Positions 1-12,000 of a DNA stretch of 64,000 nucleotides are shown here, piece by piece. The translations under genes were made by a program, and so were the position numbers. Under the pieces are notes generated by a model. That model ran no database searches. It was not told where the DNA came from and saw only the letters and a list, made by a program, of their open reading frames with translations. Position 1 is the stretch's first letter; every line of letters starts with the position of its first letter. The stretch comes from Octopus sinensis (lineage: Eukaryota). The stretch covers positions 144,646,001 to 144,710,000 of the forward strand of contig NC_042999.1 of assembly GCF_006345805.1 (NCBI RefSeq). Direction: 5' to 3'.

Positions 1-643
1 ACTGAATCAAACCTATGATTAAGTTTCATCCAGTAAAATTATGACCAGACTGCTGGAACGTCACACAGAGGTTTTTACATTAGTTTGCCATGAATGAATG
101 GAGGCATTATAAAGGATTTTATATTTAGTTTTGCAATGAACAAGGCAGCATCTCTATTGATGGGGATACAATGAAATGCATCCAGTACATTGTAAAATGG
201 TTGGTATTAAGAAGAGCATCTGGCTGTACAAAGCATCCCAGAATGGAATGTACAGGCAAGATGTGGATTTTTGAACAGTTATATATGCAGTAACTTTGAG
301 TAAGAACTCAGTACCATGACAATCTGCCCTCCCCTTGCTAACATGGAACACAGATGTAAAATGATGGTGATGATGATTACAATGCATATTTCTTTACGAA
401 TCATAATAAGGATAGAGGTTCAGTGAGGAAATTCCGGAATATCACTTTCTTACAAAATATTTGCATTGTTATGCTTTTGTCAGAAGATTGCTCTAATCAA
501 TGTTTTAAACTAATCAGCTCTAAAGAAATTTTATCTGAAAGTATTGTATTTTATCCATGCTAAGAAATATTTTTTAGTGAATTACTGATTTTTAGTCCTG
601 AAATCCTCAAGAATTAAATGAATATTTAATCACATAGAACTCC

Positions 644-1860
644 TCATCATCATTTAATGCCCATGTTCCGTACAGGCATGAGTTTGACAGAATCTTATTT
701 CTTTACTACCCACAAGGGGCTAAACACAGAGGGGACAAACAAGGACAGACAAACTGATTAAGTCAATTACATCGACCCAGTGTGTAACTGGTACTTATTT
801 AGTCGACCTCGAAAGGATGAAAGGTATAGTCGACCTCGGCAGAATTTGAACTCAAAACATAGCGACAGACGAAATACCGCGAAGCAGTTTGCCCGGCGTG
901 CTAACTTTTCTGCCAGCTCGCTGACAGTTTGACAGAATCTGATGGGCTCAAGAACTTGCATCATGCTCAAGTGTCAGCTTTGGCAGGGTTTCTATGGCTG
1001 GATGCCCAGTCTAACACCAACAACTTTACAGTGTGTTCTAGGTACCTTTTTTATGCCTTTGACAACAGGGAGGTTGCCATGTTGCTTGCAAATGTATGAA
1101 AGCTGAGGGGAGAGGCTTTATGCTAGCAGGTAAGGGTTAAGGTATGAAAGAAGGGAGTTGGACAGAGAGGTTCTTGTAGGAGAGCTGCATGGCTACTCTC
1201 ACGTAGGGGAGGTCGACTATACCAGGTAGCATCTTTAATGTACGAGGTGAGTAGGAACGGAGAAATTAGGTGTGGCTTAGGGTTTTCAAAAGTATATAGT
1301 GGGGGAAGAGTTATGAGAAATAGGCAACATTTGTAAGGATTGGGCAGGGTAGAAGGGTGGACACAGGGGTGGGGATTGCCAATTATGCCTGAATTGGGGA
1401 GGTAGAGGGATGCAAGGAGAGACCAGTAACAGGATAGTAATGATGAAACAGTTGACATGGGGGAAAGAACAGAGAGCTGAAGTGTTTGGCTAAGCTAAAG
1501 GAAAAGAGGAGAGAGAATGCACAAGGATAGAATTCAGGGATCTAGTGAGGGGATAGATTAGATCAATGTAATGTGTGGTGGTAGAAGACAATATTAATGG
1601 ATAAGAGAGTGATATAATGGGGGGTGGGATGGGTAGCTAGTGTGGGAGGAATGTAAGGGAGATACTGGGTAAGGTGTCTGAGGTGTTCATTGTGCACCTA
1701 TGTAACATGTACCCACTGTGCTTCTAGTTGTTAGTTTTGCCATGATGGATGGGTCTTCTCAAGGACCACATATCACCAGACATCTTGATCCTTTGTCATC
1801 TCCTCCATGAGGTTCAAGATCCTGCGGTCAGCCTTCACTACTTCATCCCATGCCTTCCTT
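644..1860 (-). mobile_element. RTE LINE 3' fragment (ORF2 end + pyrimidine-rich 3'UTR + (GAT)n tail), interrupted by a SINE
   Basis: RKAWDEVVKAD-like ORF end at ~1860-1710; tail motif GGCATCCAGCCATAGAAAC; (ATC)n at 644. Confidence 0.75.
696..925 (-). mobile_element. tRNA-derived SINE, family C (GGTCGAC..TTTCATCCTTTCG core), with 15-bp TSD
   Basis: A-box/B-box-like head (TGGCAGAAAAGTTAG; GTTCAAATTC); direct repeat AGTTTGACAGAATCT at 681-695 and 926-940. Confidence 0.85.
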
Positions 1861-1896
1861 GATCTCATATAAAAGCTCCAATCATATTTAATGACT

Positions 1897-2058
1897 GGTA
1901 CACTCTCGGAGTGGTTGGCATTAAGAAGGGTATCCAGCTGTAGAAACACTGCCAGATCAGATTGGGGCCTGGTGCAGCCTCCTGGCTTCCCAGACCCCAG
2001 TCAAACCGTCCAACCCATGCCAGCATGGAAAACGGACGTTAAACGATGATGATGATGT
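1897..2058 (+). mobile_element. RTE-type 3' tail (short retrocopy)
   Basis: GTGGTTGGCATTAAGAAGGG...CCATGCCAGCATGG...(GAT)n. Confidence 0.85.
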
Positions 2059-2964
2059 AAATTTTTTATACAGCAGTCCTCATCTGTCTGCAATCGCATA
2101 TCCATACTAGTGCAGTCTTCTTTCTTGTACACTACATCTGATTCATCTTATGCCTAGTTTTTCTGTCAGCACACTTATACTATGTTGTTTATGCACAGCT
2201 GTTTTATTTTTTTTATTTTTCCACATCACAGTGGTTTAGTTGAATAATTTAATTTATTTTCATGGCATTTAAAGCAAAAGGAATCATCATTAAGCATTCA
2301 AATTGCTCTGTGGTAACTATGTTTGGAATATACTCGAGTGTATTTGCATTTTACTACTCAATAACAGTTTATTGTATTGAACTTATAAATATGAAAGAGA
2401 ATAGATCCTTTTGGGACACAGTTTTGTAAACAATGGATCTATGAGTTTGCTTTGCTAAGTGATATGTAGGCTTCATTCTGGAATTAGTTGATAAATATGA
2501 TTTGGTGTTATCTAAGGATATTTAAAGTATTTTTTATTTATGTTGTAAGAAATAGTTAGAAATCTTAATTGATATTATTTGGTATCAGGATTGTAATAAA
2601 ATTTTATTTTCATGTTAAAATGGTGTAACATTACTGTACAGGGGTAAAGGAGTTAAGAATACTTAAACTGTTTGTTAGAAATAAAGTCTTTGAGTTCAAA
2701 CTTAGCTTATAGACATATAAGAATAGGGTAGCTGAAGGTTAGGATTAAAGATGAGCAAAAAAGATGTAGAAGATGAAGTCATTAGTCTGGAAACTTTTAA
2801 TTCTTATGTATTTCTTGTGATGATATGAGTTTCATGTTTGAGTTGGAAAGTCAGAAGTCCTAGAAAGAGTTATATGGCAGATGAGTGATAGAAACTACCA
2901 GCATTATCATATTGACTATATTTTCTCCAGATAATACTATTTTTTTTTTTTTTTTTCATTACAG

Positions 2965-3046
2965 AACTGACTTTTACCATCTACTCAGAGATAAAAATGA
3001 CACTAAAGGATTTCCTCCTGGAATGGCATTAAACATATTACTCAAA
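2965..3046 (+). CDS. NUDCD3: NUDCD3 exon (RTDFYHLLRDKNDTKGFPPGMALNILLK)
   Basis: poly-T tract + cattacag acceptor; AAA|gtaagt donor. Confidence 0.92.
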
Positions 3047-6000
3047 GTAAGTCAATGTCAACTTCTAAAGCCTTTACAGTTGCAAATTAAAGGGTTTTAG
3101 CTCTTTCAGAAGGTAATTCACATAACTGTTAACTTTTAAAAGTGTTAAGAAGTGAATAATAAATTGTGTATCATTTGTAGTAGGAGAATTGAAAAACAAG
3201 CGTGGTAATGACGGTCACTCATATTGATTTCGATGTATGTGTGTTTGAAGGAGAGGATTTAAAAACAAAAAAAGTATGACAAAGAAAAAACAACTTCAAA
3301 AATAAAAGAGTAAAAGAAGTTGTATCTATTTGCGATGGATGTGTAAATGTAATTTGAGTACAGTTATAGATTTTACTTTGGAGTCAAACTGGAGCCACTG
3401 ATGATTTTGATTTTGCCTGGGATTGGACAAATGTGTCTGTTGATTGCAGGATATAATCCTTTTATTCTTGTTTCTTCAACTCAAATTGTTTCGATGCATC
3501 ATGACATATGCAATGCAGATCAATCTAGGCTATTACTTTCCCAAGATGTAGAGACTTTAGTGATTGCTTCAACTTGTTCTTGTATCTAAAGACGGGTCCT
3601 TTAACACAGTGTCCCTCTGCTTTTTGGTCATACAAAAGACTTTTCAGAATGCGGTCATCTTTCATTCAAACAATATGTCCTACCCATCTGCTCTGAATTA
3701 TCAACAGTATGCTTTGCATACTGGAGATATTACATTTTTCTAAGATTCTGACATTTGATATCTTATCTTGCCACTTTAGGTTACAGATATTACACAGACA
3801 GTACATGTGAAAAGTTTCAAGTTTCTTTGTCTGTAGTAGGACATCCATGCTTCTGCCCCATACAAGAGTGCTCAAAACACAAGAGTTTTATACCCTTATT
3901 TTAGTTTTCAGACTGACATTGTATTCATCCCACTAATGTTGGGCAAGTTTTCCAAAAGCATTTGTAGCCTTAAATATTCTAACATTGATTTTGTCATCAA
4001 GAATACTCTTAAAGTTTACTGTACTCCTAAGTTATTTAAATGACCTGACCCATTTGAATGGCTTGTTGTCAATCATCACATCTTGAGTGTATTCTACCCC
4101 AGGTTTTGGTTGGAATAAAATTTCAGTCTTCATGATGTTCACTGTTTTCTGAATTTCCCCCAAATGTGTGAGAAATTAAAGCACAATCATCAGCAAACAG
4201 AAACTTATGTAGAATCTCTTCTTTGGTTTTTTTCCTTTGATCTGAAACTTTGCCCTTTTAGGTTTAGTAGACCTCCTGTGTGAAACTTGAATTTTACACC
4301 TTCATGGCAATCTCTAAAAGCATGTTGGGGCATCATTGAAAGGAATATGAGAAAAAGTACAAAAGCTAGAAGACATCTCTGTTTGGTTCCAGTGGCAACA
4401 GAAATGCCTCTGAACATTAACTGCTAGATATCACTGCTGCTATCATTCCTTTGTGCCGAGATACTGTACCATTGTCATTAATTATAATAATAGTAATACA
4501 AATTGATCAAGTTACTTGGCAAACTTGCTAGAGTCAGTGGCACATAAAGCACACTGTACACAATATAAAGTGGTTGGCATTAGGAAGGGCATCCAGCCAT
4601 AGAAACCATGCCAAAGCTGATACTAAAGCTCAGTATAGCCAAGACACCCGCCACTAACCAAGTGATGGTTATTTTTAGTGGCGCATTTATCACTCTTACT
4701 TTTTCCAGGTGCTGGCTGTCACAGCTGGAGATTACACTGTGTTCTTCATTCCTCAGTATTTTGGTGGAGTGAAACCATATCTCTCTTTCTATCCCGAATC
4801 TCACACCAACTGTGTTGAACTTCTTTCCTTGAGTGATATGGGTTTTCTGTTCCCACATGCACCCAAAGTACTTTTGTATCTGGGCCTCAGTTGCATTTTC
4901 CATCCACTGTGATTGAATGTTTTCTATAATGTCAAATGGAGGGTTTAGAGTTATCTGTCATCCATTTGTCTTAACAATTTGTATGGTTAGTTGTAGCTCC
5001 TGATTTCTCATAGTACTTACAAAAGAAATACCTTTTGCTGCTGCCTCTGTTGAGGCAGACTTTCTGTTTCTTGTACTTGTTAACATTGTTGATGCTGGTA
5101 TTGTTGAATGTATTGACGTTGACACTGTCAGACAAAATTCTATTACCTTGAGATATTAAGTTCTTTTCAGTTTTCACTGGCTTAGTGACAACATCATGTT
5201 CCATTGTCAAGGCACCATCAAAGTTTTTTGGTATGTAGGATGGTGGGATATTCTCTGTTATTGATTATTATTGTCAATTCTTATTCCTACATTTTTTTTA
5301 AAAATATTTGAAAAATGTTAAAATCTTTTGTTTTACTAAGTAGCTCAGAAAAATATCAATATATAAACGATGATGATGATGACTGCCAAAACCATGGCAT
5401 TTCTAAACAAAATATTACCACCACAATCCAGACAATGTTAACAATAATGATATCACAAAATAAATCACTGAATAGGGCCTTAACAGGCCAAAACGGTGGA
5501 AAAGACTCCCAAAACTTACAGGGTACAAGTTCTGTGCCTTGACAGTATGGCAATAATAATAATTCTTTTCTACTATAGGTACAAGGCCTGAAATTTTGTA
5601 AGGGAGAAGGTTAGTCAATTACATTGACCCCAGTGCTCAACTGAAAGGATAAAGGCAAAGTTGACCCCAGGAGAATTTGAACTCAATATAATGACAAATG
5701 AATTTCTGCTAAGCATTTTGTCTGGCATGCTAATGATTCTGCCAGCTGTTTCTAATTTAGATAGGTGCAGGCAAGGCTGTCTAGTTAAGAAGGTCACCTC
5801 CCAACCACATGGTTTTGTGTTCAGTTCCACCACAAGTAGCATTTTAGTCTTCTGCTATAACCCTAGGTCAGCCAAAGCCTTATGAGTGTAATTGATAGAT
5901 GGAAATGGAAACTGAAAGAAGTGCATTGTATTTGACTACTTAAAAGTCTTTGAAGAGCTTGGTTAGGATAGAGAGTTACTGAGCTTAATAGAAGGGACAG

Positions 6001-9000
6001 TATCAGGGCCTGTAGCCTTGTTGATTTGAAACAGTTTGAGGTGTCTCCCACTTAGCATGTATGTTTATATGTGGTATGACTGGTGGAGTGAAGAAGGGAA
6101 GTTTTGGTGTGGATTTGTGAAGTGTTTGCATTATAAAGAGTTGGGTGGAAAAGGCAATCTAATAATGAGCAATGCTCATGACCTTTGCTGGTCCTCTTGG
6201 ACTGGTGAGATTGAAACAGTTGATGTCCACCTGTACATCTGTAGGTCAAAAGTCTGTAGGAAAAATGTAGGTAAATAGATATCCAGGAATCATGTGTGAA
6301 TCCTTGAAATAGTAAATTCTGCTAAAGTCAGTCAGAGATGAGATGACAGTATTTAACTGGTCAATGTATTAGGCCTATTGCAATTTATCAACTAATTTTA
6401 TTATCATAATTTAAAATTCATTGTTACAAGCTATAAAATATTGGGTCATCTCATAAATAATGCAGTTTTTTTATACTTCTTTTATTTTTAAAAATTAAGA
6501 TAAACAAAGTTCTTTTTTAATCTAAATTATACTCTCCTTCATTTTCTATAATGCTCTTCCATCTATCTGGTAGACTTGCAAGGCTCCTCTTTCAAAATTC
6601 ACTTCATGACGAAAAATACTCCTCCGGTACTGTTCTGACCTCGTCTACGGAATTCATATTTTTTCCTGAAGACTGTGGAATAAATGATAATCAGATGGGG
6701 CAATGTCCACCGAATATGGTGGGTAGGGTATCATTTCCCGTTCAAATTGCTCCAGCTTTTGGAATGTCATCCTCGTATGTGGCCAAGCATTATCCTGATG
6801 GAAGAACACCTTTCATCTTGAAACCAAAGATGATAGTTTTTCTTCAAGCACTAACTTAAGCTGCTTGCGGTAGATCTCCTTTGTTATCATTTGGCCTGGG
6901 TTTAAAAGTTCAACGTGGACTAAACTTTTCATATCCCACCAAACAGATAAGAACAATTTATGTGGGTGAAAACCTTCTTTAGCCTGGGGTGCTGGTGTTT
7001 CTCCTTTCCCTACCCACTGTCTTTTGACATTTTTATAGAAAATCCATTTCTTTTCACCAGTCACTATTCAGTCCAAAAAAGGTTCATTCAGGAGATGTGA
7101 CAGCAATGAAGAGCACACATTCACTCTCTGTACGTAATTAGACTTGGAAAGTTTGTGAGGAACCCATTGACCCAATTTGCTGACTTTTCCGATGGCACGC
7201 AGGTGTCAATGGATGGTTGAATGACCAGATCCAAGCTTCTCTGCTAGTTCCTCTACAGTTACGATGGGGTTTTGTTCCACCAGGGTTTGCAAAACATCCT
7301 CATTCAGCTCTTCAGATCTTCCAGAACAAGGCTTGCCTTCTAGGCTGTAGTTTCCAGCTTGGAATTTCTGGGACCACCGTTTTCACTGGCTTACACTTAT
7401 TGTCTGATCCCCATATACTGCATTAATATTCCCTTGAACTTTCTATTGCATTGTTGCTTTTATTGAACTTATAAAGCAAAATATGCCAAATATGCTCCTT
7501 TGTCACTTCCATTTTAACTTTGAAAAAATAACTGTTAAAATCAAACTATACTCTTCAATCATCATCATCATCATCATTTAGCGTCCGTTTTCCATGCTAG
7601 CATGGGTTGGACGGTTCAACTGGGGTCTGTGAAGCCAGAAGGCTGCATTAGGCCCAGTCTGATCTGGCAGTGTTTCTACGGCTGGATGCCCTTCCTAACG
7701 CCAACCACTCCGCGAGTGTAGTGGGTGCTTTTTACGTACCACCCACACAGAAATATTTACTACTTTCTAGTATAAATTAAGTATCTCTTGAAAATTGTAA
7801 AATTTAGATTTTAACTCAACACCAGTCAGCTACTGTTTTAGCTTATCTCACTTTTTTTTAAGTAACGTCTCTATATATTTATGTTTTAAGTTTGACTGTC
7901 CTTAAAAAAAAAATCTGCTTCTACCAAGCTTGTAAGGACTCGCCTAGGTAAGTGAAAGGAAAATATATATTCTAAATGGCTATGACACTAGTCCACAACA
8001 ATAACATTTTCAGAATATCTGACAACCAGGTAAAGTGAAATTCAAACAGTTGTGTTTTGTAAAATTTGTTGGCAAGTTGGTCTAGGAACGAGGGGTAATG
8101 CAGTATTTTAATTTAGCATCTTAAACTGCTCAAATTCATCAGAAAACATTTGCATTGGAATAGAAATTATGTTATATGAGTCCAAGGTGGACATTGCTCA
8201 ATTATTTATCTTATGGCATCTAGTTCAATATTTCAAGTTTTTAAATTCTGCTGTAGCTAACTTTTTGCTTTCTCTCTCATTTATCTTGTTTTGTGACACT
8301 GCCATTAAAAATACTGATAATATATTGGAGTTAAATCAATTGACAATATTCACCTTTACACAAAATGCTTTTTTTTATTATTTGGAAAGAAATCATTGTT
8401 TATTTCAATAGTTTGACATTTCATGTGTTGCATTTTATTTTAGTCATATCGTCAGTTTGAAGACATGGCAAAGAAAGATCCAGAGAAAATGATGATTCAA
8501 AGTGATGCTGACATCAAGAAACAGGAATGTGAAGGTTAGTTTATCTTTATTGCTTCCTGGTAGATTAATTATATAATTTGGTTTATTGCTGATGTTGACA
8601 CTAGTAATATTCTTTTATCCCATTCTTTTTTTTTTTCTTCCACTTCTTCCATCTGGTCAACATGTTGTTACTCTACAAGGAAGACCAAATTTAAGTATGC
8701 TTATAAGATTTACTAGCTAACATTGACAGATCCACTCAACAATTCTACCTACTATAATGGTGATTATCAATTTGGTCAGAAAATTATTCACAATTTTAAA
8801 TTATTACAAAATGAATTATAGTCAATGACAAATGAATATGACTGAGGAATTTTAAGTTTGCTATTATTAATAAAGAAGTACAGTGATATAGCTTTAACAA
8901 GTAAGATTTTGTAAGTTAATTTTGAAAATAATTCTAGTATTTCTGAATCTATTTTAAGTATTTAAGTTTTTCTTCTGATTATTAAATGTTTAACATGTTT

Positions 9001-12000
9001 CTTCCATGCTAGCATGAATTAGACCAAACATGACTGTGGCTTTTACATTAATTCTGACAGTTTAAGTCTTTAATATTAAAAAAAGCGTGATAAGTTAGGG
9101 TAAGATAATTAAAGTCATGTGCTTTTGCTATGAGAAACTTTTTTTATTATTTTTGTTTTTGCTGATACTATTAAAGATAAACTTGGATGTTGGTGATAAG
9201 CTATTATTTTGCTTCTTGATAGAAAAAAGAACTTCAAAAGCTGAAAGTCCAAAGAAAGCATCTTCTAAAACAAATATAACTGTGGGCCAAAAATCTGAAG
9301 CAAATTCACAACAGACCAAACAACACAAAACATCTTCAGAATTAAGCACTTCTGAAAAAGAGAAAAAAACTGAAGAAAGTTCTAGCAAGAATGACTCTAA
9401 GTATGTTTCTTCATTTTCTCTCTTACATTTTTCCTTCGTATATATATTTATTCCAATTATATTACTATTCTAAACATGTAATGGTTGTGTTTCTCAAGCT
9501 TGGACTGGAGTTGATTTACTATGGGGGTGGTAATAGTGGGGAGGAAACAGTAAAATATAAACAGAACAAGTTAATTTTGCCTTGCAAATAAGTATTTTGA
9601 TTTGCTACACTATAAAGTATATTTTGAAGACCTGTTGAGGCAAGTGAAAATCAAATCAAATCAAAATCGATGAACATCAATGGAATTTGTATTTTTGTGG
9701 CACATAAGAAAACTATCCGAACATGGCTGTAGCCAGTACCGCATCGACTGGCCTCCGTGCTGTGGGCACGTAACAAACACCATCCGAGCGTGGCCGTGCA
9801 AGCCTCGCCTGGCCTCCGTGCTGGTGGCACGTAAAAAACACCATCCGAGCATGGCCGTTCGCCAGCCTCGTCTGGCACCTGTGTCAGTGGCACATAAAAA
9901 GCACCCACTACACTCACGGAGTGGTTGGCGTTAGGAAGGGCATCCAGCTGTAGAAACACTGCCAGATCTGACTGGCCTGGTGCAGCCTTTGGGCTTCCCA
10001 GACCCCAGTTGAACCGTCCAACCGATGCTAGCATGGAAAGCGGACGTTAAACGATGATGATGATGATTATTTTAAAGATAGTGAATAACGCAATGTAGAG
10101 GCGCAATGGCCTAGTGGTTAGGGCAGCGGACTCGCGGTCGCAGGATCGCGGTTTCGATTCTCAGACTGGGCGTTGTGTGTGTTTATTGAGCGAAAACACC
10201 TAAAAGCTCTACGAGGCTCCGGCAGGGGGTGGTGATCCCTGCTGTACTCTTTCACCACAATGGCGGTGCCCCAGCATGGCCACAGCTCAAGAGCTGAAAC
10301 TGGAAAAACAAAAACAAAAACAAAAACAAAAACTTCTACTATCAATCTTATATTGTGCATATAGTGATTGTTTAACTTATGATTGTTATTCCAGTGTACC
10401 GTCAAACTATCAAGCAGATTCTGAATGTTACAATGGAGCTGAGCGAGATACTTATTCATGGTCACAATCAATCACTGACTGTGATTTGAGAGTCAAGGTA
10501 GAGTAGTATTTTTTTGCAACTAAATTATATTTGACATTGATTTATACTTTTCTTCCCATGTTCATCAATATTGAACTTCTAATTTTTTTATAAATTTGAA
10601 AATACAAATGTAGATCATCATCATCATCGTTTAATGTCCATCTCCCATGCATTCATAGGTAGGACAGTTGACAGGAGCCAGCCAAGTAGAAAAACTACCC
10701 TGGGCTACTGTGTCTGTTTTGGCAGGGATTTTACAGCTGAATGCCCTTCCTAACACCAATCACTCCACAGAATGAACTCAGTGTTTTTTATGTGGCACTA
10801 GCACAGGTGAAGTTAGTTTTGGCATGATTTTTACAGCTGGATATCCTTCCAAATGCCAATCACATTACAGTGTGGTCTGAATACTTTTAGCATGGCACCA
10901 ACACTGGCAGGGTAACCAAGTAACTCACAAGACAAGGAATTATGAAAGAAGCAGGGCATTTGAGGAGGGGAACTTGAGAGGATGAAAAGTTAGAATGTGA
11001 TAAAGAGACAGAGACAGAAGCGGGTGTCTTGCCACAACAGAGGAGGCATTAGACAAGGTGATCCATGGTACATGGTTACTCAGTGAGAGAAAGGTACAAG
11101 AAAGGCCGGAAACAAGTGTGCTGATGTAAAAGAGACACTTGGTTACCTAGTAAGAGGTAAAACAAGGGAAGGAGAGAGAGAGTGACCAAAGGGAAATAGA
11201 GAGAGCAAGTAGGAAGCAGCAAAAGTGTAAGAGACAGCTGAAGAGATATGGTGTAGTGTTAGGGTATACTCATGAGTAACAAGAATATGAACATAGAACC
11301 TGGTTAGAAAAATTGGGTGTGGGGAACAGGGCAGTGAGGGTAAGAAAGGGGTTGGAAAACAATCATAATTTATGAAGAGGAAATGTGAGGAAGAGACAGA
11401 TGCAGTTAAAAGAGGAGCTGCAGTTTGATTTCGTGGATGGGACTTCTCTAAAATGTCATATCTCCAAACATCTCAGTCCACTGTCATTTCTTCCGTGAGC
11501 CCCAACATCCTAAGATCAGTCCTCACCACTTCATCCCATGTCTTCCTGGGTTTCCCTTTTCCACAGGTACCATCTACTTTCAGCGACAGGCACTTCTGTA
11601 TACAGCTGTCTTCAGTCATACGCATCACATGTCCAAACCAACACATTCTCTTCTCCTGCATACCATATTTAATCCCTCTTATGCTTAACTTTTTTCTCAG
11701 TACAGTTGTGCTCTGTCATGCACACTGATGTTGCAAATCCAACGGGACATACTACCATCATGCCTCTCCAGCCTATGCTTGTCCTCCACAGTCAGAGCCC
11801 ATGTCTCACTACCATGTAACATAGCCATTCTCACACAAGCATCATACAATCTACTTTTTACTCTGAGAGAAAGTCCTTTTGCTGCCAACAGAGGTAGTAG
11901 TTCTCTGAACTTCCTCCTCCACATTCTTATTCTAGAAACAATACTTTCAGAGCATCCACCACCATTACTAATTGGTCACCTAAATAGCAGAAACTATCTA

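Noticed and set aside
9630-9650. CTGTTGAG...GAAA resembling a hammerhead core
   Set aside because: No pairable stem II, and other copies (60088, 60248) lack the core
9740-9900. Regularly spaced repeats resembling a CRISPR array
   Set aside because: Units are contiguous tandem copies without unique spacers, inside a LINE 3'UTR of a eukaryote; no cas genes
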